Source: the human T2T-CHM13v2.0 reference genome, Homo sapiens
DNA length: 64,000 nucleotides
Strand: one strand, 5' to 3'
Assembly (NCBI RefSeq): GCF_009914755.1
Contig: NC_060926.1
Shown here: positions 14,270-29,888 of the stretch, one piece after another
Layout of the letters: each line of letters starts with the position of its first letter
Numbering within the stretch: the first letter of the stretch is position 1
Program-made: the position numbers and the translations under genes
The notes under the pieces: model-generated
The model's input: only the letters and a program-made list of their open reading frames with translations
Databases searched by the model: none
Told to the model about the DNA's origin: nothing

Positions 14270-17000
14270 TTGCCAACAACAACAACAAAAAAACTCCAGG
14301 ACGAGACGAATTCACAGCTGAATTCTATCAGACATTCAAAGAAGAATTGATATCAATCCTATTGATAATATTCTGCAAGACAGAGAAAGAAGAAATTCTC
14401 CCTAAGTCATTCTATGAAGCCAGTATCACCCTATTACCAAAACCAGGAAAGGACATTAAGAAAAAAAAAAAAAACCATATCCCTGATGAACATAGATGAA
14501 AAAAATCTTCAACAAAATACTAGTGAACTGAATCCAACAGCATATCAAAAATATAATCCACCATGATCAAGTGGGTTGTATACCAGGGATGCAGGGATGG
14601 TTTAACGTATTATAAGTCAATAAATGTGATACACCACATAAACCAAATTAAAAACGGTCATCTCAATAGATGCAGAAAAAGCAATTGACAAAACCCAGCA
14701 TGGCTTTATGATTAAACCCCTCAGCAAAATCAGCATAAAGGGACATATCTTAAGATAATAAAAGCCATCTATGACAAACCAGCAGCCAACATTATACTGA
14801 ATGGGGAAAACTTGAAAGCATTCCCCCTAAGAACTGGAACCAGACGAGGATGCTCACTTTCACTACTTCTATTCAACATTATACTGGAAGTCCTAGCCAG
14901 AGCAATCAGACAATAGAAAGAAATAAAGGGCATCCAAATTGGTAAAGAAGAAGTCAAACTGTTGCTGTTTGCTAATGTTATGATCATTTACCTAGAAAAC
15001 CCTGAATACCCCTCCAAAACGCTTCTAGAACTGGTAAATGAGTTCAACAAAGCTTCAGACACAAAATTAATGTACACAAATAGGTAGCTCTGCTATACAC
15101 CAACAGCAACCAAGCTGAGAATCAAATCAAGAACTCAACCCCTTTTACAATAGCTGCAAAAATAAAATAAAATACTTAGGAATATACCTAACCAAGGAAG
15201 TGAAAGACCTCTACAAGGAAAACTAAAAAACACTGCTGAAAGAAATCATAGAGGACACAAACAAATGAAAACACCTCTCGTGCTCATGGGTGGGTGGAAT
15301 CAATATTGTGAAAATGATCATACTGCTAAAAGCAATCTACAAATTCAACGCAGTTCCCATCAAAATACCACCATCATTCTTCACAGAACTAGAAAAAACA
15401 ATCCTAAAATTTATATGGAACCAAAAAACAGCTTGCATGGCCAAAGCAAGACTAAGCAAAAAGAACAAATCTGTAGGCATCAAATTACCAGATTTCAAAC
15501 TATACCATAAAGCTGTAGTCTCTAAAACAGCATGGTACTGGTATAAAAATAGGTACATTGACCAATGGAATTGAATAGAGAACCCAGAAATAAACCCAAA
15601 TACTTACAGCCAACTGATCTTTGACAAAGCAAACAAAAACATAATGTGGGGAAAGGACACCCTATTCAGCAAATGGTGCTGGTATAATTGGCAAGCCACA
15701 TGTAGGAGAATGAAACTGGATCCTCATCTCTCACTTTATACAAAAATCAACTCAAGGTGGATCAAAGACTTAAATCTAACACCTGAAACCATAAAAATTC
15801 TGTAAGATAACATTGAAAAACCCCTTCTAGACACTGGCTTAGGCAGACTTCATGACCAAGAACCCAAAAGCAAATGCAACAGAAACAAAGATAAGTAGAT
15901 GGGACCTAATTAAAGTAAAAAGCTTCTGCAGACCAAAATAAATAATCAGCAGAGTTAACAGACAACTACAGAGTAGGAGAAAATCTTCGCAATCTATAGA
16001 TATGGCAAAGGACTAATATACGGAATCTACAAAGAACTCAAACAAACCAGCAAGAAAAAAGCAAACAATCCCATCAAAAAGTGGGCTAGCGACATGAATA
16101 GACAATTCTCAAAAGAAGATATACTAATGGCCAACAAGCACATGGAAAAATGCTCAACATCACTAATGATCAGGGAAATGCAAATCAAAACCATAATGCA
16201 ATAGATACCACCTTACTCCTGCAAGAATATCCATAATCAAAAAATAATAGATGTTCGTGTGGATGTGGTGTAAAGGGAACACTTTTACACTGTTGGTGGG
16301 AATGTAAACTAATACAACCACTATGGAAAACAGTGTGGATATTCCTTAAATAACTAAAAGTAGATCTACCATTTCATCCAGCAATCTCACTAGTGGGTAT
16401 CTACCCAGAAGAAAAGAAGTCATTATATGAAAGAGATACTTGCACATACATGTTTATAGCAGCACAATTTTCAATTGCAAAAATATGGAACCAGCCCAAA
16501 TGCCCATCAATTGACAAGTGGATAAATAAATTTTGGTATACACACACACACACACACACACACACGATGGAATACTACTCAGCTATAAAAAAGGAACAAA
16601 ATAGTGGCATTTGCAGCAACCTCAATGGAATTGGAGACTATTTTTCTAAGCAAAGTAACTCAGGGATGGAAAACCAAACATCATATGTTCTCATTCATAA
16701 GTGGGAGCTAAGCTATGAGGATGCAAAGGCATAAGAATAATATATTGGACTTTGGGGACTCAGGGGAAAGAGTGGGAGGGGGTGAGGGATAAAAGACTAC
16801 ATATTGGGTACAGTGTACACTGCTCAGGTGATGGGTGCACCAAAATCTCAGAAATCACCACTAAAGAAATTATTCATGTAACTAAACACCACCTTCTCCC
16901 TAAAAACCTATTGAAATAAAAAATAAATTTAAAAAGAACTTTAAAAAATGCAAATGAAGAAGTGTACAGGGTTTCCTAGACATAAATGAGAGTCATCTCA

Positions 17001-17336
<336 letters not shown>

Positions 17337-20071
17337 CCCAAATACGGATCCATCATGTAATCCACCCATGCTGAGTAATTAATAGGTATACAGCCCTGGG
17401 CTAGCTAGTCTCTCATCCAACAAGTTCTCTACAATGAGCAGTGAAGCCAGTAATTCTCCATGAAGGCTTCTCTTTAGTTCTTTATACATCTGTTAAGTGT
17501 CTTCTATGCTCAAACATAAAATGCTCCTTCCAACCATTTTAATAAAAAAATCTATTCTGGGATTGATTAAATGTTCTAGTTACTCTCCTGAAGAAAATTA
17601 CCATGACTCAATATTATTCCAAACAGTCATTTATAAGCTTTTATTATTGTCGTTATTATTTTATTATTGTTTCAAACAAGCTGGTTAGGAATAGGGGCAT
17701 ATCTATTTTAATACAAGATAATCCAACATGATCTAACCGCTCTTTCCAAAGAACTACAGCTTAATAAGATGACCTTAAAAGGCAAATTCTCTAATATTCT
17801 CAGGACAGTGTGAGCAAATCCCGTAGAAGAATCTGGATTTTTTAGATAGACATGGTTGTTTTGGGCTCAATGATCATAGGAGATAGGTACCATTATTATT
17901 CCCCATATTACTGATAAGGAAATTGAGACAAAGGAGATTAAGTATTTTTCCTGAGGTCACAACTTGCTTATGTTACACAAGATATGGCCCCTTGAGCAAC
18001 TCGAGAAGCCCACCTCATCTGTTGGTGCATCATCTGTTAAAAACGTGACAGCCTTAATTGTATATGGAACCAAGAAAGTAAAAGTCTTCAAAGAAAAGTG
18101 AACACCTCTTCTCCCTCTCATTCAAGTACATGCAGATAATTCAGAGACCCATGGGAGAAAAGAGCACAACTTGGAAAAAACATCTAACTAATTTTTCTAT
18201 AGCCTTTGAATAACATCAACAGCCTTTCATGCCTGTTACTCTACAACTGGTCAAGATTGACTCAGAGTTCTTGGCTATATCTGTTGTGGGAATGGAGTTG
18301 TATTTTCTTAAACAGAAAGTTGAGTGGCTTTGAAAGAGAGATGCAATCCAACTTCTAATTAGCAAAGGAAGACTTGACTACATTTCCAGGCATTGGAAGA
18401 ACAAACAGAATAAATTTGAATATTGATGGGATGAACACAACTCTACCAAGTGGTAAGCAAAAAATTTCAAAAGAGGAATTATGCAGGAAGAGGGCAAAAA
18501 TCATCTTTTTAAAAATCACTGAAGTCCAGTGCATGGCTATGGTAGATGCTAACAAGTTCTTGAGACCCAGGATCACAAACTATAGATGCGAAGAAGTAGG
18601 CACCAGAAGTGGTCAAACAACCAACATAAGAACATCACAGTTTTTCAAGAAATGGAGCCTGAGACAATGACAAGAGATGAAGAAGATAATGCCAATCCTG
18701 GGGGAGGCAAAAAAAAAAAAAAAGTACCACTGAGCCTTTCCTTTTCCAATGTACGGAAGACATCAGGAGACATATTATCTTCAAATAGTCACACAACAAC
18801 AACAAAATGAAATGTATGAGGGAAATGTATTTTGAAGAGTTTTTATGTAAAGTACTTGCTGCTATGGGAAGAAAAAGAGCAGAGAGTGATGTGGAGGGGG
18901 AAAAGGGCTGATAAAACAAAGACAAGTGATCGTGAGAGGTGTACCATGGGGATTTTCTAGCTCATGAAATGCCTCTCAGTATTAGAAAAGATATCCTAAA
19001 TAAATAGTTGATTTCATAGCACACACCCTTTGCTCTATATGCCTTTTGTCCCTTCTTTTGCTTGGAAACCTCCCTCCCTTTCTTCAAGACTCAACTCTGA
19101 TCTTATTTCCCTAGCAAACTTTCCGTTAGCAAACTCTCCTAGCAGTCTAAGGGCATCCAGTTGTCTGTGCTTCCTCTATTATCCTCCTTACAGAGTTGTT
19201 TTGTTGATGTTTGTTTGGGGCTGTCTGCCCCAACTGGCAAATTTTGCAATCTTGGTACATATATATCATATTGTTTTTCACACAGTTTGAGCTCTACTAT
19301 CGTTTGTGGATTATGGTGGTAATTTCCATGAAAAACACATTTATTACAAGAAATGAATAAAATTAGAGTCCTATTTTCCTCACTGTTGAGAGTAGGATCA
19401 CATAAGAGACAGGGGGAATTGTTTTTATAAGAAATGAAGGAAAAATGACAGTTTCTGCATCTAACATTTTAGTTCAGAAATATGACAGTATCCAAGGTAG
19501 CCCACAGTATACTTGCAAAAAAATGGGTAAAAGTGCTGAACAAGGCACCTGAAATTGCAATGAAATTAGAAATCCTGTTTTTAAAAAACAGGCTGGAATA
19601 ATGAAAAACTGCTTAAGGAAAATTTGATATGGTCCTGTAATGAGAAAGAGCCCTGTAATTGCCTTCTTAACCACCACTGAATTTTAAATAGCTCAAGCAT
19701 TAACTCTTTGCTGCAGGGAGTCTCAAAAGCAAGAGATTTTGTAACGTTAATTGCTCAAATACTCCTAATTTGTTTCCAAGGGGTTGAAACAGCTCTTAAT
19801 TGTTCTTTCATCTTTGATCAAGGCAAAGGAAAAAAAAATCATGAATGTCAAATTCATTCAACATACATTCAATTCATATATGTTAAAGTTTTTCAAGTAT
19901 AGCCCAAAATGAAAAACTGCAAAGTTCTCAGACACTTTAGTTGACGATGAATGTGAAAGATGTACTTGTCTCTTCCACCCGTGACTCCTAGAGTTATGAG
20001 GGCTCTCAGTCTGGCATGTGGATATCATCACTCACTTTAATTTTAATTTTAATTTTGTGAGAAAGGAGTCA

Positions 20072-20474
<403 letters not shown>

Positions 20475-21019
20475 TAATTTTTAATTTATAAAACCATCCT
20501 TTAAATCTCTGTAAACTTTAATTTTATAGAGATTAAAAGATTACATTTTTTACTCACTCAAATATCAAAAGTATTTCACTGTTTATTAACTTAGATATGC
20601 TCATTCAGTTCATTTAAAAACCACAAAGACTATATCAGGATTTTCTGAAATTTTTCCAAAATAAAAATGGTATGAGTTTCATCAAAAACTGTTGATTACT
20701 TTTACCACAATTCATCATTTAAGGTCAGGAAAATATTTTTAAAATATATTCAAACTAGCAGATTAATGCATCAGAAAAACAAATAAATAAAAATGAAGGA
20801 AAATGGCATACTAAGACAGTGCATTAGATGGTATCACAAATTCACTAGAAGTCAGAAGAGCTTTAAGAAAAATAAGGATGAAAACAGCAGAGTTGTGTCT
20901 GTTAGCAGTGAGAACTAAAAGGCCATAACTTTTTTTATGTAGAAGGACCTCACTATTCTGTACAAATATACAATAATATCATGCAATCCCAACAAATAAC
21001 AATATAATATTAACGCTTT

Positions 21020-21877
21020 TGTAGTAGACATGGTTGCCCCTGTAACATCCGTCCTCCCATTCTTTCTTGCTGGGTGTCCACCTTCTTCTATGCAATATGC
21101 TCAGGGAAGGTGGCCCAATCCCCAATCCAAGGGTATATTTGGACAGATTTTTGACTTTCGCAGCAATCCTGTTTTCCTTGTGTATTAGTCTGTTCTCTTG
21201 CTGCTAATAAAGACATACCTGAGGCTGGGTTAATTTATAAAGGAAAGAGGTTTAATAGACTCACAGTTCCACCTGGCTGGGGAGACCTCACAATCATGGT
21301 GGAAGACGAAGGAAGAGCAAAAAGATGTCTTACATGGTGGCAGGCAAGAGAGTGTGTGCAGGGGAACTCCCCTTTAAAAAAACCATCAGATCTCAGGAGA
21401 CTTACTCACTATCACAAGAAAAAGCACAGGAAAGACCCACCCCCATGATTCAATTACCTCCCACCAGGTCCCTCTCATGACACGTGAGAATTATGGGAGC
21501 TACAATTCAAGATGAGATTTCGGTGGGGACACAGCCAAACCATATCACTTTGCTAGTGATTCTTTTAAGGCTAGATATATATTCATCACGTGATCAAGGA
21601 AAGCCAGTCCCTCTTTTCTCACAGTTGTGTCAGGATCTGTGCACAGAACTGTGACAGACATTTTGCTACCCTGAGGTGGACGGACTTCCACTCTGTAGAT
21701 GACAGGATAGACACATGAAAGGGACCTGCATTCTCGAAGATATTATGGAGCTCTTCAGTTAACAAACCTTGGAGTCAACCTAACTTGAACTCTGTGGGAT
21801 GATAAATTCCTTTAGTGTTTAAGGCATCTGGAGCTGAGGTTCTCTGATACTAGCAGCTAGAGACATACCAACTGATA
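21020..21877 (+). mobile_element. Old ERVL LTR (LTR16-like), interrupted by THE1
   Basis: tgtagtagacatggttgccc... start and ...tactagcagctagagacataccaactgata end; highly diverged. Confidence 0.5.
21181..21547 (-). mobile_element. THE1 solo LTR (MaLR)
   Basis: tgtattagtctgttctc...ggggacacagccaaaccatatca; near-identical 5-bp flanks ccttg/ctttg. Confidence 0.92.
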
Positions 21878-22788
21878 TGATATGTTGAAAGAGGTTGCAG
21901 ACCAACACATGACCCCATCAGGCTTACCTTGTTCACCAAAAAGGAAAAGTTTCCTCAGACTTTCACTTGCTTTCAAAACTGATGTCCTCAGAGTTGCTCA
22001 ATGAGCCCACTACAAAAATAAGACACAGAAATCACAAGCTCTCAGGACTGAGAATTTTGGAGGAGGTTAAGAGGGAGCTGCTCTTCCCCATGCTTCCGAT
22101 TTCCACCACCTTCCCTACACTTCTGACCCTCTTCCAGCTTTTCCTCACTTCTGTTTGACTTATGGGAATTTTCAGTATTTGCAACACACACCCAGAAACT
22201 CTGCCACTTACCAGCTTTGTAATTGTGGACAAATTATGTAGTTTCTTTTGACTTTGATTTCCCAATCTCAAAAATGAAAGAAATAGTAGTATCTAAGTCA
22301 TGGAGCTGTTAAGAGTATTGAATAATTTAATATATGGAAAGGTATTATACTTCTTAGAATAACACCTGGTACCTAGTGTGAATGATGACTATTTTTATAG
22401 ATCCAAATTTCCCCTTGACCAGGATGGCATTGTTTACCTCCATATTAGCATCAGCATCAAGGAATGTGATAAGAATATATTTGTCAAGACCAAGGAAGAT
22501 TATCATGATCAGAAAGATACTGTATTTCTTATTTTAATGCATTAAAAAGTGTACTCAGAATGGCAATGCTCACACTTTAGACTATGAATATACTTTTGAA
22601 TGCTTCTCACAGGAGCATATGTTTAGAAACAGTAAGCAGAAAAATTAATTTGGAGAAATATCTTAAGCATTTTCTCAAGTAGGTTCTTGAGAAGACTAAT
22701 TCCACAGTCTGACTAAAGTATGTATACACACACACACACGCACACACCCATGCACACACACACATGAAATATTTCTGTGGCCAAATAA

Positions 22789-23153
<365 letters not shown>

Positions 23154-23169
23154 TAAAACATTTTTTTAG

Positions 23170-24000
23170 CAACTTGCAATAACCTTCTAGCTAGTCTTTT
23201 ACTCACCTTCTTGCCCCCTCCAACCCATTCACCAAACCACAGTCAGAGTGATCTTTAAAATCACAATTATTCAGTCATGGGACCACCACCGCTGCTGCCA
23301 CCACCACCACCACTTAAAATCCTTCGGTAGGTGTCAATCACACCTGGAATAAATTGCAAACTCCTTACCATTACCCCAAAGCCCCTGTTTAATCTGTTCA
23401 CACCTCCCTCCATCTCTTCCCTGGTTCACTACACTCAACCTCACTCACTTATGAGGCTTCTAGAACCCAGTAGACCCCCTTCTTACTTCAGGGGCTTGGC
23501 ACTTCCTGCTGTATATGATAAGAATGCTCTTTGAAGAACTTTCAGCATAAGTGTTCCTTTTCAGAGGGGCCATCCCTAAATACCACCTCTAAAGTACTTC
23601 CTCACCTTCAAGAAAAATATCTTTTTTTTTTTTTTTTTTTTGGAGACAAGGTCTTGCTCTGTTGCCCAGTCTGGAGTGTAGTGGCACAATCATAGCTCAC
23701 TGCACCTCCAACTCCTGGGCTCAAGCAATCCTCCAGCCTCAGCCTCCCCAGAGTACTGGGATTCCAGGCATGAGCCACTGCACCCAGCTGGCAAACTTTT
23801 AATCTACATAGCAGTTGGTTTCTAGCTCTTTCCACAATCAGTAATTTTGTTCATTTGTCTGCGTATTTTCTGGCTCCTCATAGATCTCTAAGTTTCATGA
23901 GGGCATGACCTTCTAGTACACAATTATATTCTCAGATCCTAGCACAGGGCCTGGGGCGTAGGCACTCCATAAATGTTTGGTGAATAATTGAATGACCATT
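23170..24000 (+). mobile_element. L2 3' relic
   Basis: ccacagtcagagtgatctttaaaa...cctagcacagggcctggggcgtaggcactccataaatgtttggtgaat, L2 3' end pattern. Confidence 0.65.
23622..23790 (-). mobile_element. Alu monomer (FRAM-like)
   Basis: Single arm with polyT, ending gagccactgcacccagc. Confidence 0.85.
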
Positions 24001-24644
24001 TGAAAATTTTGTAGGGCCTCATTCTTCCCTTTTTGAAAATATTATAATTTGCTTATCCATCCAAAACAAAACAAACAAAAAAAATACAGAATCTCTCAAA
24101 AAGTCTACTTTTCAGGAAGTAATCAGGTTGGCAGATCCATTAAACCAAGCCTGTATTTGTAGCAACACATTCACCTCTTCTGTCCAGATGCTGTTCAATT
24201 TGAAATAAGGCAGATAATGGGGTATTTGAATCTATAGTCAATAGATATGTCTTAAAATATATGCATACATATGGGGAAATTTTTTAAATTCATTTCAAAA
24301 GTCAACTCTTCAAATGTCAAGACAGCAAAGTTCAGGAAATTCAGATGCATATAATGTCTTAAATGTTAGTTTCCTCTTAAACCATACTGTTTGGAGCTTC
24401 CCAAATCCATATTAAGAGGTAGAATGTATTAAAGAGGTAGAATGTTATTTGGAGCCACTAAAGTTCAAGAAATTTTGGTCAATATCATGAGATAATTCTC
24501 AAATAAGCAAGACCAGAAACCCAGATCTTAAGATCCAGAGTGTTACTCTATATTTGAAAATTGCCATAAAATTAACTAGGCATAGTCCATAATGATATAA
24601 ATAAATTATTGAATAATTAATAAGTGGACAAAAAATAAACCGTC

Positions 24645-24998
24645 TGATATAGTTTGCCTGTGTCCCCACCCAAATCTCAACTTGTATTGTATCTCCCAGA
24701 ATCTTCACATGTTGTGGGAGGGACCCAGGGGGAGGTAATTGAATCATGGGGACCAGTCTTTCCCGTGCTATTCCCATGATAGTGGATAAGTCTCATGAAA
24801 TCTGATGGTTTTATCAGGGGTTTCTGCTTTTGCTTCTTTCTCATTTTCTCTTGCTGCCACCATGTAAGAATTGCCTTCCACCTCCCACCATGATTCTGGG
24901 GCCTCCCCAGCCATGTGGAACTGTAAGTCCAATTAAACCTCTTTTTCTTCCCAGTCTTGTTTATGTCTTTATCAGCAGCATGAAAATGGACTAATACA
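24645..24998 (+). mobile_element. THE1 solo LTR (MaLR)
   Basis: tgatatagtttgcctgtgtccccacccaaatctc...aaaatggactaataca; flanks ccgtc/ccctc. Confidence 0.92.
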
Positions 24999-25461
24999 CC
25001 CTCCTTACAGAAGAATTCCAAATATATATGAGCATACTCTCCCCTCTCTTAATTTCTCTCCCGTGAGTATGGTCTGGACTTAGTGATTCTCTTCGAAAGA
25101 ATATTCTGATCTAATGTGATGATAATTCATTTCTGTGATACCCTTCCCCGAAACCTATAACCCCAAGTTGATCATGAGAAAAACAGCAGACAAATCCAAA
25201 TTGATAGACGTTCTACAAACTATATGACCAGTACTCCTCAAAACTGTTGAGGTCATTAAAAGCAAGGAGAGATTGAAAAACTGTCACAGATTGAAGGGGA
25301 TTAAGAAGACACGATGACCAAATGTAATATGGTAACCTGGATTGGTTTCTGAAACAGAAAAAGGGTGTTAGTGAAAAAACTGCGAAATTCAAATAAAGTC
25401 AAGAATTTAGTGAATACTGTTGTACCAATTTTAACTTCTCCATTTTGACAATGTACTATTA

Positions 25462-26186
25462 TGTGTTAGTCCATTTGCATTGCTATAAAGGAATACCTGA
25501 GAGTGGGTAATTTATAAAGAAAAGAAGTTTATCTTGGCTCATGGTTCCACGAGCTGTTACAGGAAGCATGATGCCAGCATCTGCTTCTGGTGAGGGCCTC
25601 AGGAGCTTACAATCATAGTGGAAAGTGAAGGGGAAATGGGGATATCACATGGCAAGAGAGGGGGCAAGTGTATCATATGGCAAGAGAGAAGCTAGCTTGT
25701 TTGTTTTTGTTTGTTTATTTGTTTGTTTTGAGACAGGGTCTCACTGTGTCACTCAGGCTGGGTGGCACAATCATGGCTCACTGAAGTCAACCTCCCAGGC
25801 TCAATCAATCCCCCTGCCTCAGCCTTCCAAGAAGCTGGGACTACAGGTGCATGCCACCATGCCCAGCTAATTTTGTATGTGTTTTTTGTAGATATGGGGT
25901 CTCCCTATGTTGCCCAGGCTGGTCTCAAACTCCTGGGCTCAAGCGAGCCTCCTGCCTCAGCCTCCTAAGATGCCCGAATTACAGGTATAAGCCACCATGC
26001 CTGGCTGACCAGGCTCTTTTTAAATAACCAGTTCTCTCATGAACTCATTACCATGGGGAGGGCACCAAGCCATCCATGAGGGATCTGCCTCCATGACCCA
26101 AACACCTCCCACCAGGCCCCACCTCCAGCAATGGTGATCACATTTCAACATGAGATTTGGAGGGGACAAATATTCAAACCATATCA
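25462..26186 (-). mobile_element. MSTB-like MaLR LTR containing an Alu
   Basis: tgtgttagtccatttgcattgctataaaggaatacctgag...tcaaaccatatca. Confidence 0.85.
25697..26006 (-). mobile_element. Alu (AluJ-like) nested in MSTB
   Basis: Dimer with ctcctgggctcaagc J-type motifs. Confidence 0.9.
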
Positions 26187-26730
26187 CATGGTTATATGAG
26201 ATGTTACTATCAGAAGAAACCGGGTGAATAATACATAGGAAATTCCTGTATTATTTTTGCAACTTTTTGGTAAGTCTAAATTTTTCCAAAATAAAAAGCT
26301 CGTTTTTAAAAATTGACCAAGGAACAACATACCCTAACTGAACTGTCCTAGAAGCTAAACATATAGGTTCCTGTTAATATCCCCATTTCATAGATGAGAA
26401 TTCAGGGGAAAAACCGATTATATAAACCACCTAAGATTATAAAGGGAATAAAAGGAATAGAACCTAAATTGGAATATAGGTCATTTGACTTCAGAGTTCT
26501 AACTTTTAATCTTATCCTTAAACTATTCAGAATTTCTTTTTTATTCCTTCTTTTCTCTTTTGATATTAAAGATTAAGTGGCTTTAATATCAGGCTCATGG
26601 ATCAGGTTATTTAAATATAGAGGCTTCCTGAGACGCAATTGTTATTACTTGTTGTCTTTAATTGTACCTTTAGGATCATAATCCATCCCAAATTTATACT
26701 GGTATGTTCCTAGATTAAACTAGAACTATT

Positions 26731-27129
<399 letters not shown>

Positions 27130-27138
27130 TTATAATGA

Positions 27139-27504
<366 letters not shown>

Positions 27505-27670
27505 ATGATTATTATTTTTTATTGGTAATTTTTTCGGTTCTGATTCCAATTCATTAACATTCCCTTTAGCCATGCCTGTTCTGCCTTTTAATCTGCCCAT
27601 TGAGTTTTTTAACATCTGTACTTTTTCCTTCATAATTTGTCTTTGTATTTCTAACCTATTTTTATAGTAT
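27505..27670 (-). mobile_element. Ancient L1M ORF1 coiled-coil fragment
   Basis: Translation LKNSMGRLKGRTGMAKGNVNELE resembles the L1 ORF1p motif LKNSxDGLNSRLxxAEERISELE. Confidence 0.55.
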
Positions 27671-28374
27671 ATTGCTTTATATTTCCACATATATTTTATA
27701 ATTTTTTTTCTCTACCGCATTTTATATATACTTTATGGCCCCTCTCATTTCGTAGTCTTTCCGGTTCCTGGAAGGGAGAATTTTTCCATTTTTGTTTCCT
27801 GTTTAAAAAATAAATAAACTGTTTTTGCATCGTTTCTAATATTTTATTGTCATCTCATTTTAGGTGACAGAAGTCTTTCTCTGTAGTGTCACGGTTATTG
27901 AAATGTATCTCTGGAGAGGTTTTAATTTTCTTTTTACCACTTGCTTCAGTAGAATTTCTGCTATGTGTCTAATTTTTATGTTAATTTTTGTCCTGGGATT
28001 TCCTCAACACAAGGACAGCTAAAATTCAGACTTCAAACTTATGACTTCATGGCTTTTATTTCTTGAGGGAGACTTATTTTTTTCCACCCTGACCTGGGGT
28101 TGAGAATAACTTCCTTGTTGCCCTCCTGAGTCAATAGATGGCTTTTCTTTTTCAAATTTCTCTTCCCCTAAAATTGCTTTCTGCAGGAGCCCCAGTTTCA
28201 ACACTTAATCCATATCCAGTAACGATATTATTTCTTTGTCACTGCACAGCCTGTGCCATAACCAGGTCCAGTAATGTCCAGTAGGTGGCTCCTGGGATGT
28301 GGTTATCAGCATTTTCTACAATTCTAGCGCATGTACATTTTCTTTTTTTTTTTTTTTCTTGTGAAATTAGCCAT

Positions 28375-28859
28375 TGTGATGGTTAAAGTTACGTGCCAAT
28401 TTGGCTAGACTATGGTATCCAGATATTTGGTCAAATACTAGTCTAGATGTTGCTGCGAAGGTATTTTTTAGATAAGATGAACATTTCAATCAGTTGAGTA
28501 AAGCAGATTAACCTCTATATGTGAGTGGGCCTCATCAATCAGCTGAAGACCTTAATAGAAAAAGTGCACCATCCCTATGGCAGAGAGAATTCTGCTTGTA
28601 AACTAACATCAGCTCTTCCGTGGGTCATCAGACTGCCAGCACACCTTGACAATTTTGGACTTGCCAGCTTCCACAATCTCCTGAGCCAATATCTTTTTCA
28701 AAAAAAGCATTCATGTGTGTGTGTATATGTGTGTATTACACACACATATACATACATACACACACACACACATAGAGGTATGTATTTTTATACACACACA
28801 CACAGACACATACACACACTATACCTTATTGGTTCGTGTCTCTGGACAATCCTAATACA
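28375..28859 (+). mobile_element. MLT2-type ERVL LTR
   Basis: tgtgatggttaaagttacgtgccaatttggctag...cagcttccacaatc...(CA/TA)n...ctggacaatcctaataca. Confidence 0.85.
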
Positions 28860-29095
28860 GTCATGTGGGTTTTTTTTTAAGTTACTTATTTTTATTTTGT
28901 CCAAAAACTTTAGATTTTTACAGAAGGGTTTCTCTATTAACCTGATGTTTTTCTTAAATCAAGGAACCACCCATACACTTCTTAATATTTTTAAAAAGAT
29001 TGTGTTTTATCCATAAAACAAAGGTATTATGGTTTATTTCCTTGTTAAAAAGCTATTACATAAAGGTTAAAATGTATAAATAATAATTAACACTA

Positions 29096-29559
29096 GGCCA
29101 GGCACAGTGGTTCTTGCTTGTAATCTTAGCACTTTGAGAGGCTGAGGTGCATGTACATTTTCTTTTTTTTTTCTTGTGAAATTCACCATTGTGATGGTTA
29201 AAGTTACGTGCCAATTTGGCTAGACTATGGTACCCAGATATTTGGTCAAATACTAGTCTAGATGTTGCTGCGAAGGTATTTTTTAGATAAGATGAACATT
29301 TCAATCATTTGAGCTTAGGATCATTTGAGCTTAGGAGTTTGAGATCAGTCTGGGCAACATAGCAAAACTGTCTCTACAAAAAATACAAAAATAGCCAGAC
29401 ATGGTGGTGCACACCTATAGTACCCACTACTCAGAGGCTAAGGTGGGAGGATCACCTGCACCCAGGAGGTCAAGGCTGCATGAGTGGTGATGGCGCCACT
29501 ACATTCCAGCTTGTGTGACAAAGGAGAGCCTATCTCAATAAATACATAAATAAATAAAA
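29096..29559 (+). mobile_element. Alu (AluJ-like) interrupted by a templated insertion
   Basis: Left arm breaks at gctgaggtgc (29150) and resumes atcatttgagcttaggag (about 29320). Confidence 0.9.
29149..29307 (+). repeat. Dispersed direct copy of 28329-28492
   Basis: Direct alignment shows 3 substitutions and a shorter T-run. Confidence 0.97.
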
Positions 29560-29888
29560 GCTTGCATGAGAGAAAACTTTCCTGAGGTAACTCTATGACA
29601 AAACAAACAAATCAAACTCAATCAACTGAGATTATTACACAGCACATCTTAATTAGCAGAGGAGGAAGTTTAGCTTTAATGAAATGATGGGCTGCTTTAA
29701 TTTCTAATTAATCCAAAAATTATCACTTCAAAAGACCAATCAACCATTCAGCCATGTTAGAGTTGGATGTTCCAGATTTAATTGTCAGTAGTCAATAGTT
29801 CAGAGCTTCCTAATAAGAAGTGGAAGAAGAAAAGCTTTCTATGGAGATCTACCGGGATTTAAACAACTGTCATGGTTAAGAGATTGAT

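Larger units (their letters stand above)
25000..26310 (+). mobile_element. L1MC-like 3' UTR relic (interrupted)
   Basis: cctggattggtttctgaaacagaaaaagg...aaataaagtc; resumes after 26186 and ends ccaaaataaaag. Confidence 0.65.

Noticed and set aside
18355-18925. Overlapping ORF cluster in unique-looking purine-rich DNA
   Set aside because: No recognisable protein or convincing splice structure; a faint resemblance to an ancient LINE RT region is too weak to call.
24411-24448. Short tandem repeats (aagaggtagaatgt x2; also atttagccata x3 at ~36266-36298) as array-like structures
   Set aside because: Two to three units without spacers; ordinary slippage, not CRISPR-like.
28525-29016. 163-aa ORF
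   Set aside because: Lies in an MLT2 LTR and a (CA/TA) microsatellite.
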